Shown here one piece after another: positions 38,101 to 50,100 of a DNA stretch of 64,000 nt. Both the position numbers and the translations under genes were made by a program. Position 1 is the stretch's first letter. Every line of letters begins with the position of its first letter. Origin of the DNA: Laetmonice hystrix. Taxonomy: Eukaryota. The notes below the pieces were generated by a model. The model was given only the letters and a program-made list of their open reading frames with translations, did not search any database and had not been told where the DNA came from. The DNA is taken from NCBI GenBank assembly GCA_965235115.1, contig OZ249447.1, positions 26,660,001 through 26,724,000 on the forward strand. The letters run 5' to 3'.

Positions 38101-41100
38101 CAACAAATTTGTGACATTCAACGGAACAAGTCTAACTAGTCTGCCCCGGCTAACGGAACTGTAAGTAGCAGTAGAGACTTATCTGTGTAGTAATATGTAA
38201 GGGGCTATCTATGTCAAGTATGATTATTTCTTTTCGAAAAAAGGGAGAAAGGAAGTAAGAGGTGATCCTCCTGCGAACTCCTGAGTGTGAATTAAGGAGC
38301 AAAAGACATTTGAGTTTCTGACATGCCAGGATCTCGAAAGTAGAAGGTTTGTTTTAGAGGAGGTGTAGAGTTAACCAACAAGATTCGTTATGAATATCAA
38401 GAGGCAGTATCTAGAACTAAGTCGGCTGTACTGATTAAGTAAACACAATCAAACTATGCCCCTCCGGTCAGCTATATACGGGCCACATACTAGAATGTAA
38501 CTGTAGGCATCTGATCAAACAAACACGTGTACCTACCTTGGCAACAGTTAAATGTTTATGTATCCGTAACGGTAAAAACCGTCAATTTATGGCCACTTTT
38601 TGTTCCTGAAGATCTACTGAAATCGTGATGTGCATATTTTTGAAAATTACGTTTATCAGGACATTCTAAGGTGTTTAAAGTTATGTTTTCTTTTTAGAAA
38701 GTAAGAAGTGCGCTACTCAGGCATAAGAATAAATTTGATTAATAATATATGATTATCAAAGCTTTGACCAGCATTGAAAATAAATTTATGCTTGCTATGT
38801 CAGCTTGCTGCTCGACATCTGACGAAAACCATACCGGTATTTCATGTATTTTTCAGTGATTGTTTTTATGTTCCAGGAAACTAGCGTACAATGAACTGGT
38901 GGAGATTCCTGTATTACCCCGAGGCCTGAATATGACCCATCTTATCCTGTAAGTTACAACCTTCTCCTTGTATCATCAGCTGTGTGAATACGAAGGGGAT
39001 GACGTTTTCTCTGGGAAGTCGTAAATTTCTTTTGAATCATCTTTGATCAGGTTTTAAAAACAGTAGGTTGAAAAATCATAGAGAAGTAGGGACACATGGA
39101 GATTTGTTCAGGTAAATAATTTACAGTAACGTTGATACAGGTATCATATAGCTGCACCATCTACGTTCTAAACTTTTAAGTTTTGAGTTAATTATCAGTT
39201 TAGTAGAGAAGTGTGTGAATAAAATATTAAATTTGGTACTGATATTAAATGTTATACCACATACCTGGCTAAGTTGGCTGAAAGGCGACAGTGAACAGTT
39301 CAATGGGCACCCACACCACCTGGATGTTCCAAGTTCTCCCAGGTGAACTACCGCCAAAGGCCGAAGGCTATCATTTGCTAGACAAGTTTTTACTGACCAC
39401 CATTTTTGCTTGTGAACATATATCAACTGAGGATAGTGACATGTCTGGGTGGAGTATGCCAGTTCTGGTGGTAGTGGGACCCCCTAGGCCACCTCCTCTG
39501 GTGGTCTTAGGAGTTTCCTCCTATTATATGTTACTCTTTTTCCACCCCTGTCGAAGTTTCCGTAAGGCCTCAAGAGTGGGTGGATTCCTGAACAGTTACT
39601 GATTATCAAACAAAAACCAAGAGGGGGGCTGGTGGTAATGGTACTGTGCTTCCCCCTGGTGGGAGATTATGATATTTGTATGTCAAGGTAGAGGCGGAAA
39701 CACTCCTCAGAGCCAATGGCTGAGCTCCACTGTAACATGATAGGAGCATATGTAGATTGACATTGGGCTGACCTTGAGGGCAGGTTCCGTGAGCTGACAT
39801 CTTCTGATCACAGTGACCCATGTGTCCAGCTTTGACCCAGGCATTAAAAAAAATCCAAGGGACCGTTGGCCAAGGTCAGTACAGGTGACCCCGCCCTCCG
39901 CAGCCGCCCAGACCAGCAGCATTTGCTGACCCCTGACCCCTGAACTGTAGTCACGCTTGGACCACATCTGAGCCTGGCTGAGATGTCAAGCGCCAGCAGC
40001 ATGGCCCGGAATCTCAATGGGGGGAATTTGTAACGATCCGGAAGCAATCAGTAAGTAACGTGAAATGTCGGTACGGGTTACGGTAAAAATCTCCTGGTGT
40101 ATGGTATAAAACGGTCTGGTTGCGACAGGCCCGTTACTGGGGGGGGGGGGGGGGGGGGGCAGCCCTCGGCCAGCTATGGACGCCGACTCCCTCAGACCAG
40201 TTGTTACATTTCAGGCGCTGAGACGCCGGGTGGCGCTCCGATACGGACTGCTCAACAAACATAGCTATTTATTGCCAGTTTGTTTGGGAGACACTGACAT
40301 GTTTAAAGTTGCTGTCAAGTTGAGGCAGCACATTTGGCATTGAGAGCTGTTTCAAGATGAGAGTGAATTCTTTTACTAATCGATGACCACAGATAGATAG
40401 ATAGCCTTTGGAAGCGTAGCCCGCCAGAGCGGTGACGTCAAAAATGTGAGGTGTTCAAATTTCGGAGAAACTTCAGTATGTTTTGGTGTTGAAGTAGGAG
40501 GCTGAATGAAATGTCGATCAGCAAATTGCTCCAAGATTCTATATTAAAGGGCCGGGGACATGTCTGTAGTGTCGGGACAGAGGATTTGGTCAGCCGAACG
40601 CGTGTTATGTCGTTGATGTGTTTGATGTGTGCACTTTGTATTACGAGCTATAGGTGTGGTGTGCCAGTGTGTGTCTTGCGCGCTGAGAGTTGAGCTTTCT
40701 ATGCCTTCCCCTTGAGGCGGCCAAGGTGCCAGTGTTTGCTTGAAGATGTGTGCTCACTTGAGCCTGCTTGAAAAGCCCGACGGCTGGGCATGGCCTTGAT
40801 TCGCTGCTCCATTCACACTGTCATGTACAAAGCTACAGATTTATAAACTCCTGCGTATACCAGCAGCACGATGGGAACATGGGTAAATAGGCTCAGGGAG
40901 AGAGGGTTTAGTCCGGCAGGCACTCCTGCTCCTGCTTGGCCAACCCCTCCTGCTCCTCCACTTCCCCCTGGGTCTCCTCCTCCTGGGTGCTGTTCTCCCT
41001 AGAGGACGATCTTCTGGTGGCGATTCTCCCAAATCGAGGTGAGACAGGTGGTCTCTTTGCCGATGATTCATTGCTCTCGGGAATTATATTGTAGATAAAA

Positions 41101-44100
41101 CAGACAAACAAAAAATACACTGTGCTTAAATACTGTTGAAATGTTGATCACGTTCTTCAAGGACAAAAGAGTCATCAAGGACTCTGTGTCATATCAATAG
41201 AGAGTACACACCTGGACGATAAAAAAAAGGGCCTTCCCAGCGGCCCAGATCTTAAGTAGACATGTAGTGATCAGTGTCAAGATATAGATAGATGCCTTTT
41301 TATCATGCTACCTAGATAGTTTTCTGCCACAATCATGACAACGGAAGACTACTTAAAGTTGTGCGTTATCTTGTTGGTGTTGCCAGTTTAAATACATACA
41401 TGAAAAAGTCGGTTTCAAGAACTTTGAACAACATTGAAGTGTCCCTGGAATCGACACCACGGTACACACTGTCTCAGAAGATGAAGGGAAACGTGCAGTT
41501 GGACTCGCCTGTCTGGGGACTTTAGGATTTAATACAGAGTGAAAGGAAATACTAGAAACATTCAGGTCTTGTTTGTCCCAGGTTCTCGGATTTATATCAG
41601 CAAATCATGTCAACTGTCGCTGAAAGTGAAGGGGGCAGTATGATAGCATGGCCGTGTATATATACATGTGTTCAGCCGTTTTCATCGGAACCTGAACAAT
41701 GGGTTGGGATGCAGAACAGGAGGAATCAATGACATGAGGTCATGGAATCTTAATATGTTGATTATCAGTCACGTCCATGGGTGTTGTTAAGCTGGGCATT
41801 GCATTGTTCTTCAATTTTTGCAAGTGCGTTTCGACCGGAAAGTTATATTAATGGTAGAATTTCAACTTAATATTTGCATTCAGCCAACCTTGGCAGAATA
41901 AACGAACATTTTGATGAATACGTGCCCACGTGGTAATACGTGTGTGGTACAGATATAAAAATCTACTGACGACGTGTGCAGTCATGCTGTGAATAGGTTG
42001 GACGGCAGTCCGGTTCTCATCCACCAAGAGTTGTCTTTTATTAACAAGTCACTCCAAGTATAGTAACAATTTGGATTGATTGGGGCGAGGGGGGATGTGG
42101 TGTTGTTTAGGTAAACAACTGATAGGGTGCTGCAGCTCCTTTCGGAGTTTTGCCTGGAGACAAAATCGCGCAAAATATGGCGGGCGGTTGGGGAGCACAG
42201 GGAGTTTGGAGGGAGCCCCGCCCCCCATGTTCCTCCTCCCCCACCACCACCAACCCCAGCCCCCCCCCCCCCCCCGCATGCTTAGGCTGCATGTGGATCA
42301 GCAAGAAGAAAAAGTTGAAAAGAAAGAAAAAGTACTTTTGAAGAGAGGTATGTGTCTGGCGCAGTACATAAATGATGCTGCACAGTTGAGTGGTGTCATA
42401 ACCAGGTGGCGCCAGCGGTGCTGTGTGTTTAGTGGCGCCAGAGCAGAGATCGAGGCCGCGAGCAGCCTGACCTGCTCACAACCCCTGACCTCGAGGTGTG
42501 AAACCACCTGAAAATAGACTCGTCTTACACTATGCATGATTGTGAAAAAACGGCAGGACTTATGAGTGTACAAATTGTGGGGTTTATGAAAGCCAGGGAG
42601 AGGGACGGCAGGGCACAGTCATCCATGACTGGCGGCTCGGGAGGTAATTCGCATTTCGTCCGAGCTCATGGACGTGGAATCGTTGCTACCAGTGCCCATT
42701 ATCAAACTTGGCGTTGATATAAACATGGCAAACTGATTGTTAAATTTTCTCACCTTTTTCCGAGTTTATGAATTATTCATGGTAGAAAAGATACTCTGTC
42801 AGTGTCCGTATGGTAACAATGCTCCACCGAACCTAGCCAGCCGTCGCCTTCTCCCTTTGTCATGGGCAGGGCTCGGCCTTTAATTTGAGAACAGAAAAAA
42901 ATAGACTAATGGCTCAATAAATCCGCAGTGAAAGAACGGCTGTTGATTCCTAAACCTCTATTCATGTTCACATTAAATCAATAAGGCCACTCCTGTGTCT
43001 GCAGCTTTTATATATGTGCTTGACATGGCAAGCAAGTACAGGTTCATGTAGGTATACACCTATGGTATAATCTAGAAAACGTTTTACACTCTAGTTGTAG
43101 CTCATAGTCATACACCGCAAGGTTTATCTTCTTAACTAAATCAGTCAGAAAGTGGTGGAACTAAAGTTGATGGTGTTTGTGTTTTTGTGATTGTTACAGA
43201 AATCATAACCGGATCAGTTGGAACTAAAGTTGATGATGTTTGTGTTTTTGTGATTGTTACAGAAATCATAACCGGATCAGTTGGAACTAAAGTTGATGAT
43301 GTTTGTGTTTTTGTGATTGTTACAGAAATCATAACCGAATCAGTTGGAACTAAAGTTGATGGTGTTTGTGTTTTTGTGATTGTTACAGAAATCATAACCG
43401 GATCAGTTGGAACTAAAGTTGATGATGTTTGTGTTTTTGTGATTGTTACAGAAATCATAACCGGATCAGTTGGAACTAAAGTTGATGATGTTTGTGTTTT
43501 TGTGATTGTTACAGAAATCATAACCGGATCAGTTGGAACTAAAGTTGATGATGTTTGTGTTTTGTGATTGTTACAGAAATCATAACCAGATCAGTTGGAA
43601 CTAAAGTTGATGATGTTTTTGTGATTGTTAATAACCGGATCAGTTGGAACTAAAGTTGATGATGTTTGTGTTTTTGTGATTGTTACAGAAATCATAACCG
43701 GATCAGTTGGAACTAAAGTTGATGATGTTTGTGTTTTGTGATTGTTACAGAAATCATAACCGGATCAGTTGGAACTAAAGTTGATGGTGTTTGTGTTTTG
43801 TGATTGTTACAGAAATCATAACCGGATCAGTTGGAACTAAAGTTGATGATGTTTGTGTTTTTGTGATTGTTACAGAAATCATAACTGGATCAGTTGGAAC
43901 TAAAGTTGATGGTGTTTGTGTTTTGTGATTGTTACAGATATCATAACCGGATCAGTTGGAACTAAAGTTGATGGTGTTTGTGTTTTGTGATTGTTACAGA
44001 AATCATAACCGGATCAGTTGGAACTAAAGTTGATGATGTTTGTGTTTTGTGATTGTTACAGAAATCATAACCGGATCAGTTGGAACTAAAGTTGATGATG

Positions 44101-47100
44101 TTTGTGTTTTGTGATTGTTACAGAAATCATAACCGGATCAGTTGGAACTAAAGTTGATGATGTTTGTGTTTTTGTGATTGTTACAGAAATCATAAGTTGA
44201 TGATGTTTGTGTTTTGTGATTGTTACAGAAATCATAATAAAGTTGATGATGTTTGTGTTTTTGTGATTGTTACAGAAATCATAACCGGATCAGTGCTATC
44301 ATACCCGAAGCCGTGGAGAACCTGATGAAGTTACGAACTCTCGACTTGAACTACAATGATGTGACTGAGCTGACGACTGGCAGTTTCCCTCACCATCCCA
44401 ACCTTCACCAGCTGTAAGTAAAGAAACCACACAACCGTGGGAAAAGTTTCTAGGCAGCTTTTCAATCAGAGATCATTTATTCTAGTTAAACTTATAATCA
44501 GTCAAGCAATTATCGTCTCAGCTGCACTATGGACATGGTTTTTTATTAGAATAAGTACAGGAAGTAGCAAAGATTATTCGTGAGAGGAAGCAAAAACAAT
44601 TTAAACATCATTTATTTAGATAAACGACATATGTACCCTACAGTCTGACATGTTGTGCTCTTCAGCTTTGTAATGTTAATAGTGTTCACCCCTAAAAAGG
44701 TTGGATTTTAGTGATGATTTACGTCAGTGAAAGCCATCTCGATAAAAAGAGAAGGCAGTTTGTTCCCTATCCTACGTCAGTTTGATATATCGCATCATGC
44801 GATTCGCTTGTATGAATAATATAAAGGACTATTGATGTGGGCCCCTTACTCAATGCTCCATTGAGGCGCTAGGAGGATGAAATACATTTTTCCAGTTCCA
44901 TCAGGCAGGTGAGGTATAAGAAACAGCATGAGGGGGGTATTTACAATTAAAGGGTCCCCAGGGCCTGCATGCGACTTTGTGTGTCGACATGTATATGGCA
45001 AGACTGAATTAACCTCAGTGTTCGTCCCATAACTCCATCATGGTGATATGGGGCAGAATCTAAGCGGTATTGGTGTGGCTATGTGAAGTTGTGGTTTTAA
45101 TTCGGAGCCAGATGGCGCACGCATCCCAGATGGATAGCAATTGGTTCACACCTGTGATTACGAGGCCCCAGTGTGTAGTGGTCCCGACGACCAGAACCGC
45201 AGTGACAAATGGTCGTGCAGCAGCGCGGGTGACGATGGCGTCAATCTGAATTACAGATTTTATAATATCGCGGCCTTCCTGTGGTTAAGCCATGCATAAA
45301 TGCATGCATAACGGTTGGTGCTGCCCGTATATCACAGTTTTCATCAGTGGCCGTCGGGACGACTGGGGGGGAGGGGTGGGGGCAATGAAAGCGGCGCGCA
45401 TAAAAACCGCACCGATGTACCACCAGGGGGTCCTCTCTTGTCCTCTGGGCAACCTGTGCGCTAAACTGAGATGTGACAAGAACAATGAAGGGAATTTTTT
45501 CCCTCCAACTTCCCGCAACGGACCGTAGATAGTTTTTATAGTATAACAGGCCTTTAGGTGTGGTTTGACTGGGGACTGTACCTGAAATTACCATTGACCA
45601 TGCAGTGCCGTAGCCCCGGGAGTTTAGATCTTGGATATGACCTTTGGAGGGAACCTATAGTATTCTCCATGGATAGCCAGTCATTGTGTAAACAGACTCG
45701 GTTGTAGTTTTGTAACCTTGGGCCAGGTTGAGAAGCGAGATATTGTAGATGGTACATGAGCAGGGTGATAGCGTCCGTGTTCAATTTTTTGTCATGTCAG
45801 GCAGTTATGTGAGTGGCATGGGTGAAGAGGTGGAGTTTTTTGATTGTTTGCCGCCATCTCAGATGTGGACAGGAGACCCTCCTATTGCCGACTCATTCAC
45901 CATAAGTTGTCCACTACTGTCAGTGTGAGATAGGCAGCGGTCAGTCGCTGTACAAAGGGTCAGGGCCCTGCGCCCTAGTCCTGCATAGATAACCGCAACA
46001 ACTTTGATGTGGGATCACTCCGTCGGAATAAAACAATAATTTGTATGCGATTGAAGTCGGAATTGCCACGGAGATGAGAGCCCCGTGCCGGTCTCAGGAG
46101 CGCCCCTCGGAGTGCTGGTCAGCAAGATAGATGGCAGCTGGTCAAGCCGGCCTGACCCCGGCAAGACTTAGATCCGAGCCGTCCTGATCCTCGATTCATG
46201 ACCGGAATCTAAAAGAGGCTTGTGACTGGTGATGTTTGACAAGCAGTGCTGTGTTTCCGGCCCGATAACGAGTGGCGCTAAGATGGCTGTAATCTGTAGG
46301 CCATAGATCCTGACCGGCCCGACAGGTGGGCAGCCGCTGGGGCCGGGCGGGAACGGCCACTGGGGACCGGACCGGGACAGCCGCCGGTCCCACCAATCGT
46401 TTCATTGCCCCGTTATTGGGCAACCATCACTGGCTGGGCGCTGACGATAGCAGCGGTCAGTTGATGCATGGTCAGCTGGGGTCCAGCGGCTTGGACTGTC
46501 CGGCCGATAACAGCCCCTGATTTACCGAGGGAAACCACCGGGTTAGGCCGGACTTCACACCGACTTGTTTTAAAGGCCGGACGGGAGGCAATCGATGGGA
46601 TCCATGCTGTGTTAAACCATGGCTGACTGACTACAGACTACAAGCAGGCTGTATTTGTGAGACCACCCATTCACACAGATCAAACTGATCCTATTAAACT
46701 GAGACGATTCACAACACGGACTATACCGAGCACTGTAGTTATTGAAAAACACCCTGCATTGTAATACCGGTTAAAGGCCGGGGGTTTGGCAGATATATGA
46801 AATACCACTTGATAAATGCTAGGAAAAGTTCCATCAAAATGACGACAAAGTGTCTTTCCCGTTTCACGCAAAAAGAACTTTAAAAAGTTGCAAGAATATT
46901 CTGTATAGGTTTTGGGGATATTCTGCCAAGGGGATTACCTGGCGGCAGAATAGTGGCAAAGCCGCCATTACTTCCCACTTGTAAAGGCGCGAGTGTCGGC
47001 GTAGGGAATTCGGGGTTATTTGTTGCTGTCACATGTGTCGAAGTTGGCCATCACACAGACTGAAAGATGGAGTATTTTGATGGGTACCGACACCCTCATG

Positions 47101-50100
47101 GCAAGCCTAGCACTTCGGCAAGCAACAATCCGCTTTGGCTCTGTCACTCAAAACTGTTGCCATGACAACGCATCCGAGTTGAGGAGGATGGGGATTGGCT
47201 GGAGGCTGTGAAGATGAGGCGGGGTGGGGAGGAGGGGGTGTAGGGAAGGGGGTGTGAGGGAAGGGCAGGGGTCGGAGGGTGACTAGAGAGCCCCAGACAT
47301 ATGATATCTCTCAAGGAATTCATTTAGGCGGCTGAGAATAGCCCGCCGTAAGCGGTTTGAAGAGTTACAGCGACAGGAAAGACGTCCACATCATATCGCT
47401 GGAGATTTGCTGACTGGTAGCTTGACGTCAAACTGTAGACAGGGTCCTCATAGTGCGCAATCAAAGTGAAATCTGATTGATATCCTATAACGTGGATAAA
47501 GATCTTCTACTTCATAATCTGACAAGTTTATTGTGCTGTTCTGGTAGACGACCCCAGTCAACTTTGACCTTTCATGGTTTCAACCTCAAAGAAGATCTTG
47601 ATGGAATCAGTTTTGATTGTGATTTATAGAACTGATATCAAGTAACTGTTGAGTATGAGGTACGAGGCCGAGTCGTGTGAGCTCATGTTATCGGCCTACA
47701 CACGCCTTATTGCTGGATGGAGCCGTGTGGAGCTCGTTTAGTGCACAACATTGAATTCTTGGCCAGATTCCCAAAACAGATTGGTATCATCATAACAGCG
47801 GCTGGCTCGAGTGGTGCCTGCGGTATTGTTTGGGGTCAGTGTCCAGTGGGTTCTGTCAATGTAGGTGTGGGCGTGTGACAAGTTGGTTTGGGATTGTGGG
47901 ACCTGGCTGGGCAGCTGTATCATGACACACCTCTTGTGTCCTGGCCCTTTGTAATCCAAGGTCCAAGGGGCAGAGTTGAGACGAAGCACCTGTTGGTACC
48001 TTCTACAGAAGTCCTTATGATCGTAGCTAACATATTGTGGTTTGGAGGGAAAACTATGGAAACGAGATGTAGAGTTTGCAGTGCGGAGAGCGGTTTCTCG
48101 TTGGCGAGGTCCATTATAAATACTGGCCTATATTGTATCAGTATCCATCCGGCTAGGGGAAATGATGACCGTGTTGTGATCCTTAACCGTCAACACCCCA
48201 CATGGATAACTCATCTGTGACCCCCTGCAGAGCACACAGACCCCTCCCGGTCCACCGGTATCTGGGGAGCTCGCTAACTCAGTTACCGGTACATTGTAGC
48301 TGTGAAGAGACTTTGGTGCAATCAGGTGAAGTTCGATCCTAGGAAGATTTTCGAAGTGGTGAAGTTGTTATAATGTTCACACAGGATGTGTTGAAGTGGC
48401 TGGGAGATAGGGTATTCTCTGTCAACCCGGTCTGGTCCCACCCGCCTTCACCAGAACCTCGTGTCACTGTGCTCCTCGGGAGTCCATTACAGCAGAGATC
48501 GGGCGGCGAGATGCCAGGACACTTTGTCAGGTCTGCGTCTGACCGCGTGACCTTTGACCTGACGCTGACAACGAGGCTTGGGTGACAGGAAGATGGCTGG
48601 TCTCCACCGCCGGCCCCAGCCACCCAGCAACAGGTCAAGGGCCACTTCATGAAAACACACGGCCTTGTCTGCCGCCCGTCATCCCCTGTCAACCCAGGTG
48701 TCATCCGGTCTCCTCCAGCTCCCGCTAGTCCTCCTCCTCCAACACTTGAAGTTGACAAAAGTCATGTTTGGGGCTAGCCCCCCCTTCTCTCTATCAGCCC
48801 TCCCCCGGCCCACCCTTAGCATGTACCGGTATATGGAATAGAGAGATGGTTCTACATTAAAAGAAGTCGCTGCCTATCTATTGTCCAGTTTATAACTTAT
48901 TGTGAAAAGTGATCTTTGATTCAGCCTTATTCTGTTATTCATTATTTATTATTATGTATGAGTACAATGTATATTCTATAAGCTGATGTGCTCAGCCTCG
49001 GAAAGGACACTGGTTTGTCCGGTTGTGGAGGTTGGGAAAGGGCACTGGTTTGTCCGGTTGTGTGGGGGAAAGGGCACTGGTTTGTCCGGTTGTGGAGGTT
49101 GGGAAAGGGCACTGGTTTGTATAGTTGTGCAGGTTGGAAATTGACACTGGTTTGTCCGGTTGTGCAGGTTGGGAAATGGCACTGGTTTGTCCGGTTGTGT
49201 GGGGGAAAGGGCACTGGTTTGTCCAGTTGTGTGGGGGAAAGGGCACTGGTTTGTCCGGTTGTGTGGGGGAAAGGGCACTGGTTTGTCCGGTTGTGTGGGG
49301 GAAAGGGAACTGGGTTGCCCGGTTGTGTAGGTTGGGAAAGGGAACTGGGTTGCCCGGTTGTGTGGGTTGCGTCAGCAGCCTGACTGTGTTTGAGATAGCG
49401 TTTGGTTTGTCCATTAGTTGGTGTCCTCTAGGGGAGGTATCACTGGGCAGGTTGTGTACCATCTCTTATGCTAGCTTGCTATCTCAACCCAAGCCTCTTT
49501 TATAACTCGAGCTGTTTGGTGCTCCCGCTGAGACAGGGCTCAGAGAAGTGGTGAGTTGAGCTTGAGATGAAGGTGAACATGACATTGCGGGAGGCAGAAT
49601 GTCAACGAGAGCCCAGCAAAAACAGCGGGAATAATGATCTCATCCACACTTTGATACAAAATCCTTTATGGCATATTTAACTATGTATTTCACTGGAAAA
49701 GGGCGACGCGTCAGTTTTTTTGTGCCCTTGGACTCGACTCTTTTACAAAGTTTTGTACTATATTTCCTGCAAGAGAAAAAGGGGAGAAATAACTTGACAG
49801 CCATGTGAGTGGCTGGTCGGAGAAATTAGGATGTTGCCATATCAAGTCAACTCGGTCTCTACTCCTGACTTTTTTCCAAGTCCGTTGTTTATTAAACCAT
49901 TGGTGCCGACATTGTGTGCCATCATTTGTCTCTGACATGCTGCTGTGCCGTTTCCTAGACAAAAGCCACTGTGTGTTACTGAATGTAACCTGCATGGTGC
50001 CATATATTTTGTGGGAACCGACCAACAGACATGGCACATGATAAAGTAGTCTACACCATGTGAGAACTTCAGTGGGTCAGCTGCCTTTGACATGCCACGC

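Noticed and set aside
40029-40208. Possible solo LTR (TGTAAC...GTTACA)
   Set aside because: Flanks differ (AATT vs TTTC), so there is no TSD; only 180 nt and no second copy.
40908-41120. Minus-strand ORF with acidic tail as a nested terminal exon
   Set aside because: Only rare GAG acceptors far from the pyrimidine tract; the acidic stretch derives from CCT/CTC low complexity.
43141-43567. 126-aa repetitive ORFs
   Set aside because: By-product of 63-bp units; not in the LRIG frame, and they end where 62-bp units begin.
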